The position numbers and the translations under genes were made by a program. Positions 46,754-56,017 of a stretch of 64,000 bases of DNA are shown here, piece after piece. The DNA comes from a virus. The stretch is from positions 64,001 to 128,000 of the IMG/VR virus record IMGVR_UViG_3300046171_000225, one strand, 5' to 3'. The notes under the pieces were generated by a model. That model did no database searches, was not told where the DNA came from, and saw nothing but the letters and a program-made list of their open reading frames with translations. How positions within the stretch are numbered: position 1 is the first letter of the stretch; the number at the start of each line of letters is the position of its first letter.

Positions 46754-47271
46754 GCAGCACTATCCACGCCTTGGAAGACGCGAAGGCCATTGTCCGACAG
46801 GCCATCGAAGACCGCAAGAAGGGTGTGCGCTATGACGAGGCGAAGGTGCGTCGTCTAGAAGCCGCTGCGGAGTGGGTACAAGGAGACAGGTACATTCCCA
46901 TCGGGTCTAGCCTCATGTTTGAGGGGGTTGACCTTTGGGAACTGTACTACTGGTACGACGCTGGGCTCTGTTCCGACCTGGCATTACCCGAGGACTACTA
47001 CGCTGCTCGCGTCCCTTCTGTTGAGGGGCTTGCGTTCGCTGCTGCAACCATTGTGTTCGCTGACCACGGTGACCTCACTGGGGCTCCTGCTGGGTACAGA
47101 GCTAGGTGGACGGGCGGTAGCGATAGCTGGGACAACCTTGAGTGGACTGGAGTCTTTGTAGATTTGAGCACCGACCGAACCTTCGGAACGTGGACAGTCC
47201 GGCAGGTTCAAACTAGCACTGGTCGCAAGTTTCGTGTCTGGGCGTTTGGGAAGGAAGTACGACGAGGGTGA
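46750..47271 (+). CDS. Hypothetical protein (GC-rich block)
   Basis: GGAGG RBS; ATGA overlap. Confidence 0.65.
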   Translation: MSSTIHALEDAKAIVRQAIEDRKKGVRYDEAKVRRLEAAAEWVQGDRYIPIGSSLMFEGVDLWELYYWYDAGLCSDLALPEDYYAARVPSVEGLAFAAATIVFADHGDLTGAPAGYRARWTGGSDSWDNLEWTGVFVDLSTDRTFGTWTVRQVQTSTGRKFRVWAFGKEVRRG

Positions 47272-47370
47272 ACAAAAGAATTATTCTTGACCTCGCAGAT
47301 AAAGTGAATACTAGGAGGGGGCGGGAAGCTCCCGACAACCAATAGAGCCCGAAGGGGCACGGAGGCCAAC

Positions 47371-48208
47371 ATGGCACGCATGGCACGAGGCATCATGGGA
47401 TTGCAGGACGGAGAGCGCGTATCGTTGGAAGGCTGGTCGTCAGCTTTCGATGATGCGAGAGAGGCAGGGCACATCGGGTATAGCTCTGGTGGCTACTCAG
47501 ATGGTTCACCCCAAGACGGTAGACCACTTGGTTCGCCAGACCTTCGAGGACGCGACGCGCTACAAAGTCACCAGCGCGGACTACGGTGTCACAGGCCTCA
47601 AGGGCAAGTACACCAACGCCTCATGGTACGGGCAGTGGACCTTGGACCCGAAGGACGACTCGGGCATGGGCATCTCCATCATCGCTCGTATGGGCAAGAT
47701 GCCGTTGAGCGTTGGCGCAGGGAGCAGAGTTTTTCTTTGCACCAACGGCATGTTCAATGCCTCCGACGCCCACATGAAGTTTGGGCAGACTAACTCGCTC
47801 CAACGATACCTTGCCCCCATCCTCACCGAGATGAGCCTGCAGGTTGGACCCATGCACGCTCGACGTGTCGCCATGCGTGAAGCCATGCGTGGTGTGCGAG
47901 TGACCGAGGCAGGGGCACAGCGTTGGTTGGGTGAGCTTGCATGGCAGCGACACATTGACGCCGATGGTCCTGTCATCCTCGATGCCCTTCCAGAGAACAG
48001 CATCAAGCGCATCGCGGAGGACGTTGTTCAGCCCCAGCACGACGCCTTCTTGCTGGAGGACGGCACCCGCAGCTTGGACACCTTGTACCAAGCCTCGAAC
48101 TACTGGTGCCGCTTCACGCCCCATGGTCAGCGCATGGAAGCCCTACAGGCCATCGACGCGCACTTCCAACGGCTGGTCGAGGCTCCACCGGAGTACCTGT
48201 CAGCCTAG
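47371..48208 (+). pseudogene. DUF932-like gene with apparent +1 frameshift near 47497
   Basis: GGAGG+ATG at 47371, but the conserved body (VHPKTVDHLV..GSRVFLCTNGMF) is in the +1 frame. Confidence 0.55.
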
Positions 48209-48240
48209 TCACCCTCCTGGCGAATCGTCCTGGCAAAATG

Positions 48241-48277
48241 AGCCCTCACCGTTTCGGCGGTGGGGGTTTTCTTTTTG
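48241..48277 (+). terminator. Rho-independent terminator (related copy at 48588-48621)
   Basis: AGCCCTCACCG-tttcgg-CGGTGGGGGTTTTCTTTTT. Confidence 0.8.
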
Positions 48278-48335
48278 TTGCACCCCCAAGAAGAACTGAC
48301 TAGCAGAGCGAAGGAAAAATCCTTTGGAGGTCATC

Positions 48336-48548
48336 ATGGAGAAGTTCTTGAAGTTCCTTACCACCTGCATGGCCCTCGGCATGTTGCCTTGGGTCGTGGC
48401 CAGCCTGCTCAACGTGCTCGTGTTCCCCCAGTCCAACTGGGCCTGCATGTTCAGCCCCGGAGCCACGACGGCCATCGTCGCCGTTCACTGCATGTGGTGT
48501 TGGTGGCTGTTCGGTGTGGTCCACCCGTACCTCACGACCGAGGACTAG
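48336..48548 (+). CDS. Small two-TM protein
   Basis: GGAGG RBS; hydrophobic. Confidence 0.6.
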   Translation: MEKFLKFLTTCMALGMLPWVVASLLNVLVFPQSNWACMFSPGATTAIVAVHCMWCWWLFGVVHPYLTTED

Positions 48549-48587
48549 CCCCCGCTGCACGCTGGCCGTTGAGCTCAACTGGCCCAA

Positions 48588-48621
48588 GCCCTCACCAAGC
48601 CGTTGGTGGGGGTTTTCTTTT
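48588..48621 (+). terminator. Rho-independent terminator
   Basis: AGCCCTCACCAA-gccg-TTGGTGGGGGTTTTCTTTT. Confidence 0.8.
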
Positions 48622-48658
48622 GCCTTCATCTCGCGGCCTGAAATGGGTCTAGGAGCTC

Positions 48659-48849
48659 GGGGTACCCCTCCCCCCCCTCTACCCCCTAGAGATAAGTCCC
48701 TAGGGCCTCGCCGCGCCCCACACCACCTGATACATCCGCGACACCCACAGAAATTTTCCAGATTTAAGCCCTTTAAAAAAACCTACATAAAAGTTGACTT
48801 CCCAAATCGGGCATGCTAAAAATACCCCCAAATAAAATTTCCAGATTTA
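48659..48849. other. Non-coding junction with palindrome, C-tracts and direct repeat
   Basis: GGGGTACCCC, poly-C runs 48665-48686, TTTCCAGATTTA at 48755 and 48838. Confidence 0.6.
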
Positions 48850-48882
48850 GGAATATCCCCCTCACTGTCTAAGGAGCTACAA

Positions 48883-49440
48883 ATGCCTAGTTGCGCAAGC
48901 TGTGGAACAGAGTTTGAACTAACCAAGCCTAACAAACGCTTTTGTTCAAAGAGATGTAAGGATAGGGAAAGAAAGAAAAGATATAGACAAACGGCTAGAG
49001 GGCGAGAAAAGCACAATCAGTATCGCGACAGGTATAGAAAATCAGAAAAGGGTCAAGAGAGGGAAAAAGAATACCGCAAGGGGTACGAGAAAAGGCCCCG
49101 AGTGAGATTAAGAAAAAATATAAGCAAAAGCATACGTGATGCACTTAAGGCAGCTAACAACGTCAAAAAATCAAGCATGTTTGAGAAGCTTCCCTACACG
49201 CCATTACAATTAAACGAACACCTAGAGAAGCAGTTTGATGAAAGAATGAGTTGGGACAACTATGGCACCTATTGGCATATAGATCATATAATACCACAAG
49301 CTGCGCTTCCTTATGATAGTATGGAACACCCTAACTTCGCTAAGTGTTGGGCGCTTGATAATCTCCAGCCCTTGAGTGCTGTTGAGAATATTAAAAAGGG
49401 TAGCCTTCATGAGGGCCAGAGGCATTATTTCAGTACCTAG
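48883..49440 (+). CDS. HNH endonuclease (homing-type)
   Basis: CASC..FCSKRC; MSWDNYG..WHIDHIIP..CWALDNLQPL..N..K. Confidence 0.85.
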   Translation: MPSCASCGTEFELTKPNKRFCSKRCKDRERKKRYRQTARGREKHNQYRDRYRKSEKGQEREKEYRKGYEKRPRVRLRKNISKSIRDALKAANNVKKSSMFEKLPYTPLQLNEHLEKQFDERMSWDNYGTYWHIDHIIPQAALPYDSMEHPNFAKCWALDNLQPLSAVENIKKGSLHEGQRHYFST

Positions 49441-49499
49441 GCCTTAATTAAATCTTCTGTGGAACTTGACACCTAACCCCCTATAGGTTAAGCTACCCC

Positions 49500-50126
49500 A
49501 TGGAAGACCCCAAAGGAGAAAAAGTTTGCCCTAGCTGTGGTACTCTTAAGCCCCTAACGGAATATGGGGTACGCAAAAGTAAGAAAAGCGGTAGGAGAAG
49601 CTGGTGCAAGGCATGTATGGTTACCCATACCCGTATCAGAAGAGAAAAACTAAAAGAAGAGTTCGCTCTAAACCCACCTCAGTACACAGGGGCAATGATT
49701 ACTTGCCGTAGGTGTGGGGAAGAGAAGGTTGATTCAGATTACCACTTTGACTACTCTAAGAAATCGGGTATCGGAACCATATGTAAGCCCTGTCATACAG
49801 GCGCTAGGGCTACCTCTGTTAAGCGACAGCCTAGTGGCATATATACTATAAAAAATAAAAAGAATGGACGCATCTATATTGGACAAGCCATACACTTGGC
49901 CCGTAGGTGGGCAGACCACAGGCGTGGCCTACAAAAAGGCAATCATAATAATAAGGTCCTACAAGCCGACTATGACCTTCATGGTCTAGAGGGCTTTCAC
50001 TACGAAGTTATAGAAAACATGGGACGGGGACAAAAGCGCTCTGCTCTACTTCTAAGAGAAATGGAAAAAATTCTGGAACACCATAGTCAAGGAGCAGAAC
50101 TTTATAACCTTCTTGTTCTCGATTAG
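49500..50126 (+). CDS. GIY-YIG endonuclease with two N-terminal Zn ribbons
   Basis: SGIYTIKN..IYIGQA..RW..H..L..GNH.N..LQ.D. Confidence 0.88.
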   Translation: MEDPKGEKVCPSCGTLKPLTEYGVRKSKKSGRRSWCKACMVTHTRIRREKLKEEFALNPPQYTGAMITCRRCGEEKVDSDYHFDYSKKSGIGTICKPCHTGARATSVKRQPSGIYTIKNKKNGRIYIGQAIHLARRWADHRRGLQKGNHNNKVLQADYDLHGLEGFHYEVIENMGRGQKRSALLLREMEKILEHHSQGAELYNLLVLD

Positions 50127-50155
50127 ACTACTTATGGTATAACGGAGTGCTTTAA

Positions 50156-50863
50156 GTGAAAAAATTATTTGAGTCATGGAGAGGCTACTTAACCGAGATG
50201 CCAAGAGAGTTTGGCCCTATATTTGATCAGCCATATGGTGGAGCTGGTGGAGATGAGGTTGAGGAGTTTAAGAACTTAAGCCGAGAAGAGATTGAAAGAG
50301 AGAAAAAATTTGGCAACCTCTACTGCCAAGAAGATGTTTGTTGGATAGGCAAAAAGGGAAGAATGATCAAGGTTGATCTTGACTATGTCTATCCAATACA
50401 GGGAAATATCTTTTATCAAGACAAGCTTGATTATTTTAAAAATCTGTTTAGGACACAAGATGAAGTTTATCTGCATGCTCCTTACGGGATTTTATCTATT
50501 GTTGACCTAGATAGTATTAAGGAAAGCATAGAATACGAAATGTATAGCGGTGATCATAAAGCCCTAACCACTGGTGATGAAGAGCTTGATGTGTATATTC
50601 TCGATAAAGAAAAATATGTAGAGGATAATGACCTTGAAGAAGAAGAGGTTCAACAACTCGAGCAAGATCTTCAATACGCTATAGCAAACAACGAGGGAGA
50701 TTTAGGCGACACAATCTTTCAATCAAGGGACGGAAACCATAGAATATTTGGGGCTAGAGCTGCGGGTAAAAAATATATTTGGGCGATAATGTATCAAAAT
50801 CAATACGATGATGTAATGGGTGAAAAGCCTTGGATGGCTGGATACAAGAAGTATCTAAAATGA
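50156..50863 (+). CDS. KKLFESW-signal protein with ParB/Srx-like motif
   Basis: ACTACTTA at 50127; RDGNHRI. Confidence 0.7.
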   Translation: MKKLFESWRGYLTEMPREFGPIFDQPYGGAGGDEVEEFKNLSREEIEREKKFGNLYCQEDVCWIGKKGRMIKVDLDYVYPIQGNIFYQDKLDYFKNLFRTQDEVYLHAPYGILSIVDLDSIKESIEYEMYSGDHKALTTGDEELDVYILDKEKYVEDNDLEEEEVQQLEQDLQYAIANNEGDLGDTIFQSRDGNHRIFGARAAGKKYIWAIMYQNQYDDVMGEKPWMAGYKKYLK

Positions 50864-50888
50864 TTTCTTTACGGGAGACGGAAAGCAA

Positions 50889-51740
50889 ATGAAAAAATTA
50901 TTTGAGTCATGGAGGAGGTATGTTGGAGAAGGTATTCTCCAAGAGGTTCCTCTAGAGGGCTTTGGTAAGTATGGCGATGAGGGAGACGAAAAGTTTAAGT
51001 CTATTGCATATGATCAAGTTGATGATCCCGACTATGTTAAGCGCTCTGTTGCTCTATTTGAAAAAGTTCCCGATCCCTTTTATATTATTGTTGTTGACAA
51101 TGTGGGACAAGCTGGTCGTGGCCTACCCCCTAAGCTTCCCGAAATAAAAAATTGGGTCGAACAAAAAATGTGCCCGGAGTCCGGCGAGGGGCCGGATGAT
51201 TGCTGGAGACGGGATGCTAAGTTTCTTGTTGTTGGGCACCATTCCCTGAGTGATGACTATGAAGGCCCTGAATGGCAACTTGTCCATGATGTTATTGGTC
51301 ACTCAGCTCAAGACAGCGTTTACCGTAACTTAGAGAAAGTTCCAGTTACCTCTGGTGGATATGATAACTGGTGGGCTACTAAGTTTCTCTCAAAGTACTA
51401 TAAAGAAAAAGATGTTGCTCATCGCGAACTCCAAGGAATTATGATGGAAGAGTTCCCTAAAGCTATTCATCAGGCCCTCCCTGAGCATCTAAGGCTGGGA
51501 GAGACAGAAGACGACCTTCTGCCAGATATTCTTGGTGCCATCTTCGTTGGAGATTTTGGACCGGAAGACGCAGACAAGGTAGATCTAGAATACCTCAGGG
51601 ATCTTAATCCTGATATCAGTCCTCTGGGCCTCCGAGAGCAGGTTAAGACTGCTATTACCTTATATAAAAAATACCTTCTCACATGGTGGGAAGATCAATT
51701 AAACCCTAAGGGCGAAATAAGCGTCCTTATTCCCTTTTAG
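50889..51740 (+). CDS. KKLFESW-signal hypothetical protein
   Basis: 5' end nearly identical to the 50156 gene; VHDVIGH. Confidence 0.7.
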   Translation: MKKLFESWRRYVGEGILQEVPLEGFGKYGDEGDEKFKSIAYDQVDDPDYVKRSVALFEKVPDPFYIIVVDNVGQAGRGLPPKLPEIKNWVEQKMCPESGEGPDDCWRRDAKFLVVGHHSLSDDYEGPEWQLVHDVIGHSAQDSVYRNLEKVPVTSGGYDNWWATKFLSKYYKEKDVAHRELQGIMMEEFPKAIHQALPEHLRLGETEDDLLPDILGAIFVGDFGPEDADKVDLEYLRDLNPDISPLGLREQVKTAITLYKKYLLTWWEDQLNPKGEISVLIPF

Positions 51741-51749
51741 GAGATTGTC

Positions 51750-52088
51750 ATGAGAATCAGGATTATAAAAGCCAAAAGACTTCTAGAAGGAGACGAAGAT
51801 CCTAGAAGAGGTATGAAAGAAAGAATGGAAAAAGCTGAAGAAGCTATTGAGATGTTCTTCGACCAGATCTTTGCACAAGCTCAAAGCGTAGAGGAGCATG
51901 ATGCTCTTGTAGGACTTTTCTTTGATCGCATGGCTATCTACTCTAGTCCACCAGAAGACGGTCTGTCTGATGAAGAGTTCGTAGATTTACTTTTCAAGAA
52001 CACCAGAAAGATGAAAGAGCCTGCAGAAATGGATGAGCCGGAGCCTATGAGACCCCAGGGTGCTCAGGACAGAAGGGAAGAGGACTAA
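51750..52088 (+). CDS. Hypothetical protein with 'MRIRIIK..LLE' N-terminus
   Basis: AGGAG RBS. Confidence 0.65.
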   Translation: MRIRIIKAKRLLEGDEDPRRGMKERMEKAEEAIEMFFDQIFAQAQSVEEHDALVGLFFDRMAIYSSPPEDGLSDEEFVDLLFKNTRKMKEPAEMDEPEPMRPQGAQDRREED

Positions 52089-52774
52089 TGCAAAAATTAT
52101 TTGAAGCCTGGAATAAGTTCCTTACAGAAGACGAAAAGGCTTACTTCCCTTGGCTCGCTGCTCTCCAAAATCTAGAAGATCCAGATCGTGAAGCTGTGGA
52201 AGAGGCTTTCCCTGAGTGGGAGCACTTGGGTGCTGGCTCTTACCGAGCTGTTATGTCTCCAAAGGGCGAAGAGGATTATATTATTAAGGTTATCCACGAT
52301 AAGAAAGATGCTTACCAAAATGAGATGGAGTACGAAGTATCAAAGGATTTTCCTACTCTTTTCCCTAAAGCATTCGCTCATCATCCTAAGTTTAACTGGA
52401 TCGTCCTTGAGAAAGTCAAGGTTATTGAGAGTTTGAACATGGAGTTCCGTAGAGCGTTTGAAGCCGCTTTCCCAAAAGTGACAAAATACGCGTCGGACGC
52501 TGGGGTAAAGAACTTCTTCCTTGCTTTCAAGTCCGTACTCTATGCTGCAGCTCTTGGTGCTGACCCGGATGCAGAAGATGATATCTCACCAGCACAGATG
52601 GAAAACATTAAAAAGATAAGAGATTTCGGACTTGAGCAATCTGAGCCTTTCCGTGAACTTGTCAAGGCAATTGCAACATACAAGATCGATGTCTCTGATA
52701 TTTCAGTTGGAAACATTGGAATCAATGATGAAGGTAAATTTATTATTATCGACTCTTCAATTTGGGAGGCGTGA
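52088..52774 (+). CDS. Protein-kinase-fold enzyme with KLFEAW signal
   Basis: LGAGSYRAV, IIK, NEME, WIVLEKV, DI..GNIG, IIID. Confidence 0.75.
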   Translation: MQKLFEAWNKFLTEDEKAYFPWLAALQNLEDPDREAVEEAFPEWEHLGAGSYRAVMSPKGEEDYIIKVIHDKKDAYQNEMEYEVSKDFPTLFPKAFAHHPKFNWIVLEKVKVIESLNMEFRRAFEAAFPKVTKYASDAGVKNFFLAFKSVLYAAALGADPDAEDDISPAQMENIKKIRDFGLEQSEPFRELVKAIATYKIDVSDISVGNIGINDEGKFIIIDSSIWEA

Positions 52775-52968
52775 TGCAACTCTCTAAGAGGTTTAAGAAA
52801 GTTATTGCTTGGAGATTTCTTTCTTTTTTTGTTACCATACTCATCAATTACCTTGTTTTTGGGTCTTGGAATAAATCTTTTTGGTTTACGGTCGTGCTCA
52901 TGACCATTTTTACAATTTTACATTATTATTTTGAGATGATGTGGGAAAAAATCGAAGATAGGATCTAG
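52774..52968 (+). CDS. DUF2061-like small membrane protein
   Basis: K.IAWR.LS..T..LHYYFE.MW. Confidence 0.65.
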   Translation: MQLSKRFKKVIAWRFLSFFVTILINYLVFGSWNKSFWFTVVLMTIFTILHYYFEMMWEKIEDRI

Positions 52969-52987
52969 TTTTGTACTATTTATACAT

Positions 52988-53326
52988 ATGAATCTGTACC
53001 TGTACAAAGCAAAATTAGATCGTGTGATTGATGGAGACACTGTCGATGCTATGATCGACCTTGGATTCAACACTTGGGTACATAAAAGAATACGCTTGCT
53101 TGGCATAGATGCTCCCGAGACGCGCACCAGGGACCTTGAAGAGAAGGCAGCAGGGCTACAGACCAAGGAACGCCTCACGAGCCTTCTAGAGGCCTCAGGA
53201 GGCGAGTTTGTCGTTGAATCTCATGGTGTTGGCAAGTACGGTCGCTGCCTTGGTACTCTATGGATTGGAGATCAAAATATAAATAATCTTCTTCTTTCGG
53301 AAGGGCTCGCGGAGGTCTATGAATGA
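52988..53326 (+). CDS. Thermonuclease (SNase-like)
   Basis: RVIDGDT, IRLLGIDAPE, GKYGRCL, LL.EGLA; ACTATTTA 5 nt upstream. Confidence 0.9.
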   Translation: MNLYLYKAKLDRVIDGDTVDAMIDLGFNTWVHKRIRLLGIDAPETRTRDLEEKAAGLQTKERLTSLLEASGGEFVVESHGVGKYGRCLGTLWIGDQNINNLLLSEGLAEVYE

Positions 53327-54366
53327 AAGGTTGGCTTAGAAGCTTATTAATGGTGCTAGTCATTACAGGCTGTGTTGAATGGGACATAGGCGATCCCGCA
53401 GATACTACCCCACCTGTTCCGAATGCTCCGGATATTATAGCCGACCCTGTAGAAGATGTTATCCAGCAACCCGAAAGGAACAAGGTTGATGTTTTATGGG
53501 TCATAGACAACTCTGGTTCCATGGAGCAAGAGCAACAAGCCCTTATTCTAAGCTTTGAATCGTTTATACAATACTTTATTGATTCGGACTTGGATTGGCA
53601 CATTGGTGTGACCTCAACCGACATGTCGCCCGGACCCGACCCCGGAATCGGCGGAAAACTTCGGCGATCTGGTGGTCGCGTTTATATAGATGGGGATACA
53701 CCCAACCCTATCGGTGTATTTTCCGACATGGCCGCGATGGGTACAACCGGGTCTGGTACGGAAGAAGGTATTGCGGCCACTTGGTCCGCACTAACCAAAC
53801 ACCGCTCCTGCGAGCACAACTTCGGATTTTATCGCGAAGACGCGAAACTGGTCGTGATTGTTATTTCCGATGAAAACGACCATAGCGAGAGTCCCAAATG
53901 GTCTGAATGGGTACCCGGAATGTTGTCCCTAAAGTCAAAGCCCGATGAGATTGCCTTTCATGCCATTGTTTGTACCTCTCCCGGCCCCATAAACGGTATA
54001 GGATGCGGTCCTCCTTATTTCGGTGATGAATCTGTTGGCTATTTATATATGGACTCTGCTGCGGCCCTAAACGGCTCTGTCTGGGACATCCGACAAAAAA
54101 ATTGGGATCCCTTTATGTCGGAGTTGGGTTTGTTGTCGATAGCCCGTCGTCAAGAGTTTTTCCTAAGTTCTGTTCCGGTTGTCGAATCCATTGTTGTGTG
54201 GGTCGAAGATGGAGACTGGGAATACACCTTTGAGTTGGATGTGGACTTTGGTTATGATGAAATCCGTAACTCTATTTACTTTTATAGTATCCTGCCCCCG
54301 GAAGGATCACAGGTTCATATTCAATACGTTCCACGGTCGGAAGGACTTGCAGAGAAATATGAGTGA
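53323..54366 (+). CDS. VWA-domain lipoprotein
   Basis: ITGC lipobox; VDVLWVIDNSGSM MIDAS; VISDEND. Confidence 0.8.
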   Translation: MKGWLRSLLMVLVITGCVEWDIGDPADTTPPVPNAPDIIADPVEDVIQQPERNKVDVLWVIDNSGSMEQEQQALILSFESFIQYFIDSDLDWHIGVTSTDMSPGPDPGIGGKLRRSGGRVYIDGDTPNPIGVFSDMAAMGTTGSGTEEGIAATWSALTKHRSCEHNFGFYREDAKLVVIVISDENDHSESPKWSEWVPGMLSLKSKPDEIAFHAIVCTSPGPINGIGCGPPYFGDESVGYLYMDSAAALNGSVWDIRQKNWDPFMSELGLLSIARRQEFFLSSVPVVESIVVWVEDGDWEYTFELDVDFGYDEIRNSIYFYSILPPEGSQVHIQYVPRSEGLAEKYE

Positions 54367-54418
54367 AACTCCTTTCGACTCATGAAACAACTACTTATAC
54401 TATATCGAGGTTTATAAA

Positions 54419-56017
54419 ATGAAAGACATACTGCAGAACTGGAATTCCTACACAGGAAAGGCCAAACTTACAGAATCGCAGAAAAACAAACTTCATGTCA
54501 AACACCAAGCACTAAGCAACAACGGCTCATTAGACTTGATATTTGAGTCTGGTTTTGACAATATGTTCGAATCAGTAGCTAAATGGCAACAATTTTATGA
54601 AGATGGCTGCCAAATTCTTGGTAAGAAGGCAGTATCAGAGGTTTTAAACTACAGGATATGTTTAGAGTCTTTAAAAGAAGCAAGAAAAAAAGACAAAAAA
54701 CATACACCAATGAACAAGCCGTCTCAACAAATTGCACGAATGTATGGCTTGCCGGACATACAGCAGAGCCAAACAGAACCAGGAGCACTAGAGTCTACAG
54801 TCGAGTATTTCGAGCGTGTCTTAAAGATGGATCTCTCCCCTGAAGAAAGGGAAGGCCTTGAAGACCTTATGCTTGCGATAGATAATGAAGAAGAGGAAAA
54901 GAGTCAAGAGGAAGAAAGTGAAGAGGAAGACTCTTTCGATCCCTTTTCTAACTTAAAAGCTAGAGCTATCGATAAACAAGAAGTCCCTGGCTTCTATGAC
55001 AGTCCAACAGAGGTTTGTTATTTACAACTCTCTGATGAAAATTCAAAGCTTGAGAGTTTGGATATTGTTTCCATGTCTTTACCTGTTGGATATACATGTA
55101 AGTATGCTGGGTCTTGTAAAACTTTTGTAGAGCCATTAGGTAGAGATGAGAAAGGGGACTTCACAACAAAGCTGAGAACAACACCTAAAACGATAACTCA
55201 CTGTTTCATGGGCGCGATAGAACAGCGCTCACCAGAATATAGAGCTAAAGTTTGGTATAATGCTTACTTATTAAAGGTGCCATCTGCCGTAAGGTATATG
55301 AACAAGGGACTTTTAGACGCTGTCGCGGCAGATCCAGCTGACATTTCCATGGAAGAGTTGATTATAAGAAGTATAAAAAATTATATGGAACAAAAAGCTA
55401 AAAAGATAAAACTGTTCAGAATACATGCTGGTGGAGATTTCTTTTCCCAAGAGTATTTTGACGCTTGGTTAGGTGCTGTAAGACATTTTAAAAACATTAT
55501 TTTCTATGCTTACACGACTTCTCTCCCTTACTGGTCCGCCCGTGTAAATGATATTCCGCCTAACCTTAGACTGGTCGCATCTGCCGAAACGGCATCTAAG
55601 CGAGCTTATAGAGAATCGATCAAAAGTGCTATTGATTCATTTAGAAAAGTTTACATTAAAGACACTCCTCGGTCAGCTGCTGAAGCCCGATTGCAAATTG
55701 ACGTCAATGACTTTGAAGCTGTACTAGGGGAGGGAGATTTTGCATTGTTGCTTCACGGTGCTAGACAAGAAGCAGGAAAAACAGTTGAAATATCCTCTTC
55801 CTTTAAAAATCCGGATGGCACAAGGGACAGTATGAAAGTTAATGCGTCTACTTTAGCAAAATTTAATTCCAAGTTAATTAAACTTAAGGCTAAACAGTTC
55901 CAGACTGACCCAGAAATAGCAGAACAACAAATGAGAGATATCCTGATTGCAACAGCCAAATGGCACGAAGAAAGAATGGCTCCTCCAGCCCCTAAGGATG
56001 AAGAAGATGACAAATAA
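54419..56017 (+). CDS. Gp88-like domain protein with long N-terminal extension (ILQNW signal)
   Basis: NSKL, SLPVGYTCKYAGSC..CF, RIHAGGDF, FYAYT; ACTACTTA at 54390. Confidence 0.75.
   Translation: MKDILQNWNSYTGKAKLTESQKNKLHVKHQALSNNGSLDLIFESGFDNMFESVAKWQQFYEDGCQILGKKAVSEVLNYRICLESLKEARKKDKKHTPMNKPSQQIARMYGLPDIQQSQTEPGALESTVEYFERVLKMDLSPEEREGLEDLMLAIDNEEEEKSQEEESEEEDSFDPFSNLKARAIDKQEVPGFYDSPTEVCYLQLSDENSKLESLDIVSMSLPVGYTCKYAGSCKTFVEPLGRDEKGDFTTKLRTTPKTITHCFMGAIEQRSPEYRAKVWYNAYLLKVPSAVRYMNKGLLDAVAADPADISMEELIIRSIKNYMEQKAKKIKLFRIHAGGDFFSQEYFDAWLGAVRHFKNIIFYAYTTSLPYWSARVNDIPPNLRLVASAETASKRAYRESIKSAIDSFRKVYIKDTPRSAAEARLQIDVNDFEAVLGEGDFALLLHGARQEAGKTVEISSSFKNPDGTRDSMKVNASTLAKFNSKLIKLKAKQFQTDPEIAEQQMRDILIATAKWHEERMAPPAPKDEEDDK

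Noticed and set aside
47581-48819. Multiple overlapping alternative-frame ORFs in the GC-rich block
   Set aside because: Expected from stop-codon scarcity at high GC; they lack an RBS and cross terminators.
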